NCBI RefSeq assembly: GCF_016127575.1
Contig: NZ_CP066019.1
Coordinates: 1,170,001-1,202,000 of the forward strand
DNA: 32,000 bases
Direction: 5' to 3'
Source: Cupriavidus necator
Lineage (GTDB): Bacteria > Pseudomonadota > Gammaproteobacteria > Burkholderiales > Burkholderiaceae
Shown here: in pieces, positions 16,170 to 27,463 of the stretch
Layout of the letters: every line of letters begins with the position of its first letter
Numbering within the stretch: the stretch's first letter is position 1
The notes under the pieces: model-generated
The model's input: the letters and a program-made list of their open reading frames with translations, nothing else
What the model was told of the DNA's origin: nothing
The model's database searches: none
Made by a program: the position numbers and the translations under genes

Positions 16170-17411
16170 ATGCAGCAGCAGAAACGACGTACTTTGATTG
16201 CCCTCGCCATCGTCGTGGTGCTGGGCGCCGGCGTGGCCGGCTCGATCTTGCGCCCGTGGCATGGAGGCGAAGCCCATGCCAACACCCCGCCGCCCGCGCC
16301 GGCGATTGAAGTGGCCGCCGTGGTCGGCCAGACCATCACCGAGTGGGATGAGTTCTCCGGACGGGTCGAGGCCGTGGAGCGCGTCGAGATCCGCCCGCGC
16401 GTCGGCGGCACCATTGACGCCGTGCACTTCCGCGAGGGCGCGCTGGTGAAGAAGGGCGACCCGCTCTTCACGATTGACCCGCGTCCTTATGCCGCGGAAG
16501 TCGCCCGTGCCGACGCCGCGCTGGGCGCGGCGCAGGTGCGCGCCGCCCATGCGCAGAGCGAACAGACGCGCGCCCAGCGGCTGCTGGACGACAACGCGAT
16601 CTCGAAGCGCGAGTTCGACGAGCGCATCAACGCGGCCCGCGAAACCAGTGCCAACGTGCGGGCTGCCCAGGCGCAGCTGGAAACCGCACGCCTGAACCTG
16701 GCCTACACCCGCATCACCGCGCCGGTCGCCGGGCGCGTGTCGCGCGCCGAGATCACCGTCGGCAACCTGGTGGCTGCGGGCACGGGCTCGCCGGCCCTGA
16801 CCACGGTGGTGTCGGTGTCGCCGATCTATGCCAGTTTCGAGATCGACGAGCAGAGCTACCTGCGCTACACCGCGCCGGGTGCCGGCGGTGGCCAGCCCAA
16901 CCTGCCGGTCTACCTGGGCCTGGCCAACGAGGACGGCAATCCGCATGAGGGCAAGATCCAGTCGGTCGACAACCGCCTGGACCCGCGCAGCGGCACCATC
17001 CGCGTGCGCGCGGTGTTCCAGAACGAAGACGGGCGCCTGCTGCCGGGACTGTACGCCAAGGTCAAGCTGGGCGGCGGCGCGCCGCATGCGGCGGTGCTGG
17101 TCAATGACCGCGCCATCGGCACCGACCAGGGCAAGAAGTTCGTGCTGGTGGTCGACAAGACCAACAAGCTGGTCTACCGCGAAGTGGAACTGGGGCCTAA
17201 CCATGACGGCCTGCGCGTGGTGCGCAAGGGCCTGAAGCCGGGCGAGACCATCGTCGTCAATGGCCTGCAGCGCGTGCGGCCGGGCGACACGGTCCAGCCC
17301 AAGCCGGTGGCGATGGCCTTCCGCAGCGAACTGGAACCACGCGGCACTACGCCTGACCGCAAGCAGGCTGCGAGCGAGAAGGGCGAAGCCGACGTGAAGC
17401 CGGTGAGCTGA
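16170..17411 (+). CDS. RND efflux periplasmic adaptor (membrane fusion protein, MexE/BpeE/CeoA-like)
   Basis: RBS aggag precedes ATG 16170. N-terminal membrane anchor. Typical MFP blocks: IRPRVGGTIDAVHFREGALVKKGDPLFTIDPRPY, LETARLNLAYTRITAPVAGRVSR and LPGLYAKVKL. Confidence 0.92.
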   Translation: MQQQKRRTLIALAIVVVLGAGVAGSILRPWHGGEAHANTPPPAPAIEVAAVVGQTITEWDEFSGRVEAVERVEIRPRVGGTIDAVHFREGALVKKGDPLFTIDPRPYAAEVARADAALGAAQVRAAHAQSEQTRAQRLLDDNAISKREFDERINAARETSANVRAAQAQLETARLNLAYTRITAPVAGRVSRAEITVGNLVAAGTGSPALTTVVSVSPIYASFEIDEQSYLRYTAPGAGGGQPNLPVYLGLANEDGNPHEGKIQSVDNRLDPRSGTIRVRAVFQNEDGRLLPGLYAKVKLGGGAPHAAVLVNDRAIGTDQGKKFVLVVDKTNKLVYREVELGPNHDGLRVVRKGLKPGETIVVNGLQRVRPGDTVQPKPVAMAFRSELEPRGTTPDRKQAASEKGEADVKPVS

Positions 17412-17430
17412 GTCATGCGAGCCGATGGTT

Positions 17431-17463
17431 TGCTCCCCTCTCCCGCTGAGGGGAGAGGGAGCC
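17431..17463. repeat. REP-like GC-rich hairpin repeat, copy 2
   Basis: TGCTCCCCTCTCCC-GCTGAG-GGGAGAGGGAGCC. The 9-bp core CCCTCTCCC (17436-17444) pairs with GGGAGAGGG (17451-17459), extended by GCT/AGC with a one-nt bulge. It starts 20 nt after the MFP stop. Confidence 0.65.
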
Positions 17464-17605
17464 GGCCTGAGCGATGTTTGATTCCGTCGCTTATGGTAAC
17501 CACGTGAACCCGCACACCCAGCGCCCCTAGTTTTTTTCGCTCCCAAAGCAGTTGATGGTGCCCGCCATGGCGGGCCGCCAGGGGAGCGTTTTTGCAGAGA
17601 CCAAG

Positions 17606-20790
<3,185 letters not shown>

Positions 20791-20791
<1 letters not shown>

Positions 20792-22335
20792 TGGTGATCA
20801 ACATGAATGCCCCTGCATTTTCGACAACAAATTGGCTGCCTAAGCTGGCGACCCTGGCGGCAGCGCTGATCCTTGCGGGCTGCTCGCTGGCCCCGACCTA
20901 CAAGGTGCCCGAAACGGCCACCGTGCCGGCCTTCAAGGAGGCCGAGGCCGCCCAGGCCGAAGGCGCGCAATGGAAGACCGCGACGCCGGCCGAAGGCCAG
21001 CATCGCGGCGACTGGTGGAAGATCTTTGGCGATGCCGAACTGGACCGCCTGATCGACGCGGCTGGCAGCTCCAACCAGGATCTGGCGATTGCCGCTGCCC
21101 GCCTGAAGCAGGCGCGGGCCTTCACGGGTGCCACTGAGGCGGACCTGTACCCGCAACTGAGCGTGGGGCTGGACCCGACACGCGCGCAGCCGTCGGCGGC
21201 CTCGCAAGGCTTGCCTGACGGCACGCGGGTGCCGCCGCAGACGGTGCTGAAGGCGCGCGCGTTCGCCAGCTATGAGCTCGACCTGTTCGGCCGCGTCGCG
21301 TCCAGCGTCAACGCCGCCCGGGCTGAAGGCGAGGCCGCGGAGGACCTGTACCGCTCGGTGCAGCTGGCGCTGCAGGCCGACGTGGCGCAGGCGTACTTCG
21401 CGCTGCGCACGCTGGACAGCGAGCGCGACCTGCTCAATGCCACCATCAAACTGCGCGAGGATGCGCTGTCATTGCTGAAGAAGCGCTATGACGCCGGCGA
21501 GACCACCGACCTGGATCCCGCCCGTGCCGAAGCTGAACTCGGCACCGCGCGCGCGGACCTGGCCGGCATCGAACGCCGCCGTGCCAACCAGGAGCATGCG
21601 CTGGCGGTGCTGACCGGCGTGCCGCCGGCGGCATTCTCGCTGCCGGCGCGCCCGTTCGACGCGGCGCCGATCGCGATTCCCGCCGGGTTGCCGTCCGAGC
21701 TGCTGGAGCGCCGCCCCGACATCGCCGCGGCGGAACGCCAGATGGCCGCGGCCAACGCGCGCATCGGCGTGGCCAAGGCGGCGTTCTTCCCGCGCATCAC
21801 GCTGACGGGGCTGTTCGGCTTTGAATCGGCGGACCTGTCGAACCTGTTCAAGTGGTCGTCGCGCACCTGGGCGCTGGGGCCGCTGATCGGCTCCACCATC
21901 GCACAGACCGTGTTCGATGGCGGCCGCAACAGCGCCAACCTCGCCGGTGCCCGTGCCGCGCACGAGGAATCCGTGGCCGGCTACCGGCAGACCGTGCTGG
22001 TGGCGTTCCGCGAGGTGGAAGACAGCCTGGCGGACGTGCGCTGGCTCAGCCAGCAGGCCGGCGCGCTGGACGGCGCACTTGGCGGCGCCCGGCGCGCGGC
22101 GCGGATCTCGCGTAGCCGCTACGATGCCGGCGCGGTCGATTACCTGACGGTGATCGATGCCGACCGTACCGTGCTGCAGTCGCAGCGCGAGGCCAACCAG
22201 GTGGCCGGCCTGCGCGCTGCGGCAACGGTGTCGCTGATCCGCCGGCTGGGCGGCGGCTGGGGCCCGCTGCCGGAGACGGTGGCGGCCGTGCCGGCGCCGG
22301 CGGCCGAGGGCGCGCCGGCATCCCAGGCCCGCTAA
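20791..22335 (+). CDS. Efflux outer-membrane factor lipoprotein (NodT family, OprN/OprC/OpcM-like)
   Basis: TAATG overlap with the RND gene; an alternative ATG is at 20803. Lipobox LILAGCSLAP, then W..FGD.EL..L and LYPQLS. Two OEP repeats. Confidence 0.92.
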
Positions 22336-22348
22336 GCAGCGCGGGACT

Positions 22349-22389
22349 GGCGCGATGCTTCCCAGTCACTACACTGGAAGCATCGCGCC
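22349..22389 (+). terminator. Strong stem-loop 14 nt after the oprN-like stop (candidate operon terminator)
   Basis: GGCGCGATGCTTCCCAGT (22349-22366), loop CACTAC, then ACTGGAAGCATCGCGCC (22373-22389). That is 17 bp with a one-nt bulge. A second hairpin, AGGATGCA...TGCATCCT, sits at about 22400-22430. No U-tract. Confidence 0.45.
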
Positions 22390-22439
22390 ATGCGTACAGG
22401 ATGCACGGGGGCGCCCCGGATGCATCCTGTCCCGCCGCC

Positions 22440-23003
22440 ATGCTTGTTCGACACAGGAAACCGTTCTGGGGACTGATCTTCGCCGCGATCACCGTAGGCA
22501 TGCTGCTGGCGCCGCTGCCATGGTCCGACCGCACCGCCATCCATGACGAGGTGGTGATTGCGCGCCCGCCAGCGCAGGTGTTCGACTACGTGTCCACGCC
22601 GCTGCACTGGCCCAAGTGGCATCCGGCCTCGCTCGGCGTGGCGGGAGCGACCGACCATCCGCTGGGGCAGGGCGAGCGCGTGACCGAGACCTTCATGGTG
22701 GCGCAGCGCGGTGGCGCGGTGGTCTGGACCGTCATCGAAAGCCAGCGGCCGCGCACATGGTCGATCGAAGGCGTGGCCGAAGGGCGCAGGGTCGGCACCA
22801 TCACCTACCGGCTTACGCCCGCCATGACGCCGTCGCTGACCCCGTCGGCCGAACGCACGCGCATTGAGCGGGAATTCCGCTACCGGTCGCCTACGCTGCT
22901 CTTTGCCCTGATCAACCGCCTGACGCTGCGCGAGCGCGTCCAGGCCGAGTCCACCGAAGCCGTGCGCCGGCTCAAGGCGCTGCTGGAGACGCAGCCGCCA
23001 TAG
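22440..23003 (+). CDS. SRPBCC (START/polyketide-cyclase-like) superfamily protein with N-terminal TM segment
   Basis: MLVRHRKPFWGLIFAAITVGMLLAPL followed by VVIARPPAQVFDYVSTPLHWPKWHP, the typical SRPBCC opening. The opposing 232-aa ORF (22332..23030) is low-complexity. Confidence 0.65.
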   Translation: MLVRHRKPFWGLIFAAITVGMLLAPLPWSDRTAIHDEVVIARPPAQVFDYVSTPLHWPKWHPASLGVAGATDHPLGQGERVTETFMVAQRGGAVVWTVIESQRPRTWSIEGVAEGRRVGTITYRLTPAMTPSLTPSAERTRIEREFRYRSPTLLFALINRLTLRERVQAESTEAVRRLKALLETQPP

Positions 23004-23080
23004 CGCGCGGCGACGCCTTGCGTGGGACACCGATCCGGCCTAAGTTGGAGCCATCCCTCAGTGCGTCCAGCGAGGCCCGT

Positions 23081-23560
23081 ATGCCGTTCCAGCTGCAATC
23101 GACCGCATTCGCCCCGGGTGGCGAGATTCCCGCAGAGCACACCTGCGAAGGCGCCGATATTTCCCCGCCGCTTGCCTGGACCGGCCTGCCGCCCGGCACG
23201 GCCAGCCTGGCGCTGATCGTCGACGACCCCGACGCACCCGACCCCGCCGCGCCGAAAATGACCTGGGTCCACTGGCTGCTCTATAACCTGCCGTCCCATG
23301 CCGAGGCGCTGCCGGCGGATATCGGCAAGGCCGGGCTGCCCGCGGGCACGCGCGACGGGCTGAACGACTGGCACCGCGCTGGTTATGGCGGCCCGTGTCC
23401 GCCGATCGGCCGGCACCGCTACTTCTTCAAGCTGTATGCGCTGGACGTGGCGTTGCCGGACCTGGGGATGCCTGACAAGGAGGCGCTGGAGCGGGCGATG
23501 CGGGGCCATATCCTGGCCACCGCAGAGTTGATCGGCACTTACCAGAAGCTGCAGCGCTAG
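23081..23560 (+). CDS. YbhB/YbcL-family PEBP (Raf-kinase-inhibitor-like) protein
   Basis: FAPGGEIPAEHTCEGADISPPLAWTGLPPGTASLALIVDDPDAP and WVHWLLYNLP...GYGGPCPPIGRHRYFFKLYALD, which are canonical bacterial PEBP blocks. Confidence 0.88.
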   Translation: MPFQLQSTAFAPGGEIPAEHTCEGADISPPLAWTGLPPGTASLALIVDDPDAPDPAAPKMTWVHWLLYNLPSHAEALPADIGKAGLPAGTRDGLNDWHRAGYGGPCPPIGRHRYFFKLYALDVALPDLGMPDKEALERAMRGHILATAELIGTYQKLQR

Positions 23561-23585
23561 GCGCGGTGCGGCCGGAGGCTACGTC

Positions 23586-24017
23586 ATGTCGTACCGAATG
23601 CTCCGCCTTGATGTTCGTTGGCCGTGGTGGCGGCTGGCGGCGGCCGGGGCGCTGTCACTGCTGGCCGTGGCCGGCCCGCTGCGTGCCCAGCCGCATGAAT
23701 CCGGCCCGATCACCATCGGCGGTTCGGCGCAGGTGCAGGGGCCGCTGACGGTGCACGGCAAGCTGGTTGTCGCCGGCCACGTCTATGCCAGCGGCCCGCT
23801 CACCGCCGCGTATTTCACCGGGCCAGCCACCGCACGGGGGCTGCCGTACGGCGGCGGCTATCTCAAGGTCTTCAACGGCCCGGTGACGGTGCATGGCGAC
23901 ATGGTGGTCAGGGGCGACCTGAGCGTGGCCGGCCCGCTGACCGTGGACGGCCCCATTGCCGCCAGCGGCGGCATCGATGCCGACGGGCCCATGCGCGAGC
24001 GCGAATACGGGCGCTGA
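23586..24017 (+). CDS. Small secreted Gly-Pro repeat protein (possible beta-solenoid / bactofilin-like repeats)
   Basis: Signal-like N-terminus WWRLAAAGALSLLAVAGPLRA. The mature part carries GPITIGG, GPLTVHG, GPLTAAY, GPATARG, GPVTVHG, GPLTVDG, GPIAASG and GPM. It starts 25 nt after the PEBP stop. No family confidently recognised. Confidence 0.55.
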   Translation: MSYRMLRLDVRWPWWRLAAAGALSLLAVAGPLRAQPHESGPITIGGSAQVQGPLTVHGKLVVAGHVYASGPLTAAYFTGPATARGLPYGGGYLKVFNGPVTVHGDMVVRGDLSVAGPLTVDGPIAASGGIDADGPMREREYGR

Positions 24018-24108
24018 CAGCGCGCACCGGCGCCACGCAATGCCGGCATTGCCTGCCGGTGTTGCACAATACCGGCTTTGCAATTCTTGCATCGACCGGG
24101 GACACCGC

Positions 24109-24576
24109 ATGGCAAAGCAGGGCGCAATGGGGCTGAGAGGTATCGCATTGTTCGAGGCCGCCAAGGGCTTGCTGGTGATCGTGGCCGGCCTGGGCCTGGC
24201 CGCACTGCTGCACCGCGACGCCCAGGCGCTCGCGGAAGCCATCATCCAGCGCCTGCATGTCAATCCGGCCAGCCGCTATCCCACCATCTTCCTGTCCTTG
24301 CTTGCGCATCCCGACAACGCCCGCCTGTGGGCAATCGGCGGCTCTGCCGTGGTCTATACGCTGATGCGCTTTGCCGAAGCGTACGGGCTCTGGCGCGGGC
24401 TTGCATGGGGCAACTGGATCGGGGTGTGGTCCGGCGGCATCTACATTCCGCTGGAACTGTACGAGGCCCTGGTCCACCCCAGCTGGCTGCATGGCACGCT
24501 GGCGGCAGCCAACCTGCTGGTGGTGCTTTACCTGGCGCGGGGGCTGCTGGCGAAGTCGACCACCAGGGGGTCGTGA
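24109..24576 (+). CDS. DUF2127-family membrane protein
   Basis: MAKQGAMGLRGIALFEAAKGLLVIVAGLGL... and YTLMRFAEAYGLWRGLAWGNWIGVWSGGIYIPLELYE, the characteristic DUF2127 pattern as I recall it. ATG at 24109. Confidence 0.75.
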   Translation: MAKQGAMGLRGIALFEAAKGLLVIVAGLGLAALLHRDAQALAEAIIQRLHVNPASRYPTIFLSLLAHPDNARLWAIGGSAVVYTLMRFAEAYGLWRGLAWGNWIGVWSGGIYIPLELYEALVHPSWLHGTLAAANLLVVLYLARGLLAKSTTRGS

Positions 24577-26336
24577 TCCGATGAACGGTAGGGGCCGGGC
24601 GCGTAGTGGCCCGGCACCGCAGGCGCACCCGGCGCCGGGGCGTAGGAGAAGGCCGGAGGCTCGTCGGCATTGATATGCCAGGCATGCACGGCCATGACAT
24701 GGCGGGCCGCGGCGGCATCGGCAAGCACATGATCGAGATAGCCCGCCTGGCCGTTGTAGACGTAGCTGTATGCCGGCTTCCCGGCGAATTCCGCGACCAT
24801 GTCGGCATAGCCGCGGCGCGCCAGCACGCGCACGGGGTCTTCCATGGCATAGCTGTTCAGGTCGCCGATCACCAGCACGCCCGCGCCGGCCACGCCCGTC
24901 GGCGTTGTGCCCAGCCATTCGGCCAGCGCCTGGGCTGCCTGCACGCGCGCGGGATTCCAGCAACCCTGGCCATCACCCTGGTCGGCTTGCGCGCCGGTGG
25001 CCTCGGTGCACGTCTTGGACTTGAAATGATTGACCACGACCGTGACCGGCGTGCCGCCAGCCGCCGCGCGGAAGGTGCCGGCCAGCGGCTGGCGGCTGCG
25101 CTCGCCCAGCCAGGTGGTGGCCGTGCGCCCGGCGGGCACGGCGGTGCGGGCGTTGTACAGCAGGCCGACAGCGATGGCATTGCTGCCAAGCGCCGGCGTG
25201 CCGGGATCGAGCACGCGCCAGTCCGGCCCCAGCCGCGTGGCCAGCTGGCGGATCGCGCTGTACTGGCCGTAGCCGTCGTTTTCTACCTCCATCACGCCGA
25301 TCACGTCCGCATCCAGTCCCCGCAGCGCGGCGAGCAGCCTGGCTTCCTGGCGTGCCAGCGCCGCGGCGTCCTGCGCGCCGCGGTTGCCGGGGGCATCGAA
25401 ACCGCCGCCCTGGCCGTCACCATTGAAGTAGTTCTGCAGGTTGAAGGCGGCCACGCGCAGCGTGGTGGCCGGATGCCGCGGCGGGGCACCGCGGCGCGGG
25501 TTGGTGGCCTGGAATACCGGCGCGCTCGCTCCGGGCACCGGCTGCAGGCGCCACTGCCCGTGGCGTTTTTCCAGCACCCCCTGCACGCCGCTGACCGTGT
25601 CTCCGGCCCGCACCGGGTGGTCCGCGGCCAGGCGCGGTGGCGGGTAGGGCACCACGGCGGGATACTGCCGCGTCGAGCCATCGTCAAGCAACAGCCGGTT
25701 GCGGGCGTTGGCGGCGGCGGCTTGCCGCGCGGCCGTTCCCGGCAGTGCCTGTTGCGTCGGCGCGATGGGCCGGCCGTCGCTCAGCGCCAGAGTGCCATAG
25801 CGACCAAGCTCATGGGTATCGGCAACCGTCAGCGTCTGGGGCAGGCGCACCAGCATGCCTTCACGCGCGGCAAGATCGGATTCGCCCGCGACCGGCAAGG
25901 CCAGCGTCTGCGGCGTCACCGCCATGCTGCGTGCGCACACCGCCAGCGCACCGGACAGCACCAGCTGCGTCTGCCCGAATTTCTCTTCGACCCTTCCGGA
26001 CACGCGCACCATGTCGCCGGCGCGCGCCGTGGTGCGTGGCGCGTAAGCAAACAGGCCTTCCGACACGCCGGGCCGGTGCAGGCGTTGCGCGTCCGCGGTC
26101 TGCAGGAAGAAGCCGCGCAGGCTGCCATCGCCGCTGAAGGCCGCGGTGACGACTGCCTCTACCTCCACCACGCTGCCCGCGAGCGGCGACGCCGCCGCGG
26201 CACCCTGGATCTCGGCGATCGACGTCGCCGGCGTGCCGCATGGTTGCGATGCAGCATGCGCGCCCGCCAGGCAGGTCAAGGCGAGGGCGGGCAAGACGGC
26301 CCGGGCGAGGTGGCGCTTGCGCAGGGACATTCGCAT
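24528..26336 (-). CDS. ExeM/NucH-family extracellular endonuclease (EEP superfamily)
   Basis: Signal peptide MRMSLRKRHLARAVLPALALTCLAGAHA. N-terminal block TSIAEIQG...SPL.G..V.VEAVVT...G..RGFFLQ. EEP blocks: LRVAAFNLQNYFNG, DADVIGVMEVEN, NHFKSK, VLVIGDLNSY and SSDHDPLVVDF. Confidence 0.88.
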   Translation of the reverse strand: MRMSLRKRHLARAVLPALALTCLAGAHAASQPCGTPATSIAEIQGAAAASPLAGSVVEVEAVVTAAFSGDGSLRGFFLQTADAQRLHRPGVSEGLFAYAPRTTARAGDMVRVSGRVEEKFGQTQLVLSGALAVCARSMAVTPQTLALPVAGESDLAAREGMLVRLPQTLTVADTHELGRYGTLALSDGRPIAPTQQALPGTAARQAAAANARNRLLLDDGSTRQYPAVVPYPPPRLAADHPVRAGDTVSGVQGVLEKRHGQWRLQPVPGASAPVFQATNPRRGAPPRHPATTLRVAAFNLQNYFNGDGQGGGFDAPGNRGAQDAAALARQEARLLAALRGLDADVIGVMEVENDGYGQYSAIRQLATRLGPDWRVLDPGTPALGSNAIAVGLLYNARTAVPAGRTATTWLGERSRQPLAGTFRAAAGGTPVTVVVNHFKSKTCTEATGAQADQGDGQGCWNPARVQAAQALAEWLGTTPTGVAGAGVLVIGDLNSYAMEDPVRVLARRGYADMVAEFAGKPAYSYVYNGQAGYLDHVLADAAAARHVMAVHAWHINADEPPAFSYAPAPGAPAVPGHYAPGPYRSSDHDPLVVDFASSPRAR

Positions 26337-26482
26337 GGTGTTATCGGCAGGTAGTGGCAGGGTGGACGATGCTAACCGCCGCGTGTAACGGAATGCTTGC
26401 AGCAGGCATGTGGCCCCGCGATCGTGCTAAGGTAGCAGACACCCGCCGGTGCCCCGGCATCTACTCCATTGGTAAAACCGTC

Positions 26483-26773
26483 ATGATCAAGGAAATCGCA
26501 CAACTCACCATCAAGCCCGGCATGGACAAGCAACTGGAGCAGGGCGTGAGCCAGGCCACGCCGCTGTTCCTGCGCTCGCGCGGCTGCCACGGCGTGCAGC
26601 TGTTCCGCTCGATCGAGCAGCCGGAACAATACACGCTAGTGGTGGAATGGGAGACGGTGGACGACCATATGGTCCATTTCCGCGAATCGCCCGAGTTCCA
26701 GCAATGGCGCGCCCTGGTCGGTGAAACCTTTGCCGCGCCGCCTGACGTGCACCACGTGGCCAAGGTCCTGTAA
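26483..26773 (+). CDS. Antibiotic-biosynthesis-monooxygenase (ABM) domain protein
   Basis: 96-aa ferredoxin-like pattern: MIKEIAQLTIKPG...F.....GCHGVQLFRSIEQPEQYTLVVEWETVDDHM.HFRESPEFQQWRALVG. Confidence 0.75.
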   Translation: MIKEIAQLTIKPGMDKQLEQGVSQATPLFLRSRGCHGVQLFRSIEQPEQYTLVVEWETVDDHMVHFRESPEFQQWRALVGETFAAPPDVHHVAKVL

Positions 26774-26782
26774 GCGCACGCC

Positions 26783-27421
26783 ATGAGCACCCGGCCGGAA
26801 CGTCCCCGCCATTTCTCGATGCTGCGCGAGCTGCAGCTGGCCGATGTCTTTACGCTGGGCAATGCGGCCTGCGGCATGGGGTCGGTGTTCTTCGCCATGT
26901 TCTACGTGGCCGACCAGCAGTTGTCGCATTTCTACACGGCGGCGGCATTGGCGCCGCTGGCCTTTATTTTCGACGTGCTTGACGGCCGCATCGCGCGCTG
27001 GCGCCATGCGCATTCGGCGCTGGGGCGCGAACTGGATTCGCTGGCCGACGTGATCTCGTTCGGCGTCGGGCCGGCCACGCTGGCCTTTGCCGCCGGCATG
27101 CGCGGCGGCTGGGACCTGGCCGTGCTGATCTACTTTGTCTGCTGCGGTGTCAGCCGGCTGGCGCGCTTCAACGTCACCGCCGAATCCCTGGCCGAGGGCA
27201 GCGACAGCGGCAAGGTCGCCTACTTCGAAGGCACGCCGATCCCGACCAGCGTGCTGCTGACCGCGGTGCTGGCATGGTGCGCCTGGCAAGGCCAGCTTGG
27301 CGGCGAACTGCCGGGCGGCGCGTGGGTGCTGGGCCCGGCGGTGCTGCATCCGCTGGTGCTGCTGTTCGCGCTGTCGGGCACGCTGATGGTCAGCAAGACG
27401 CTGCGCATTCCCAAGTTCTGA
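26783..27421 (+). CDS. pssA: CDP-diacylglycerol--serine O-phosphatidyltransferase (CDP-alcohol phosphatidyltransferase family)
   Basis: CDP-OH_P_transf signature DGRIARWRHAHSALGRELDSLADVISFG (D-G-x2-A-R-x8-G-x3-D-x3-D). Multiple TM segments. It starts 9 nt after the ABM stop. Confidence 0.85.
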   Translation: MSTRPERPRHFSMLRELQLADVFTLGNAACGMGSVFFAMFYVADQQLSHFYTAAALAPLAFIFDVLDGRIARWRHAHSALGRELDSLADVISFGVGPATLAFAAGMRGGWDLAVLIYFVCCGVSRLARFNVTAESLAEGSDSGKVAYFEGTPIPTSVLLTAVLAWCAWQGQLGGELPGGAWVLGPAVLHPLVLLFALSGTLMVSKTLRIPKF

Positions 27422-27463
27422 GCCGCCGGCGGCTTCGCTTCTGGCGGCCCCTTGCTGCGGGCC

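Noticed and set aside
22332-23030. 232-aa minus-strand ORF overlapping the SRPBCC gene.
   Set aside because: It is Arg-rich with no motifs. The plus-strand frame shows the SRPBCC opening pattern (VIARPPAQVFDYVSTPLHWPKWHP) and a TM segment.
24606-26354. 582-aa plus-strand ORF opposite the nuclease gene. Also 27452..29299(+) opposite the D-aminoacylase, 28912..30132(-) in an alternate frame of dppF, and 23908..24963(-).
   Set aside because: Same reasoning: low-complexity Arg/Gly/Ala-rich products, while the partner frames carry canonical EEP, amidohydrolase, Walker A/B and DUF2127 motifs.
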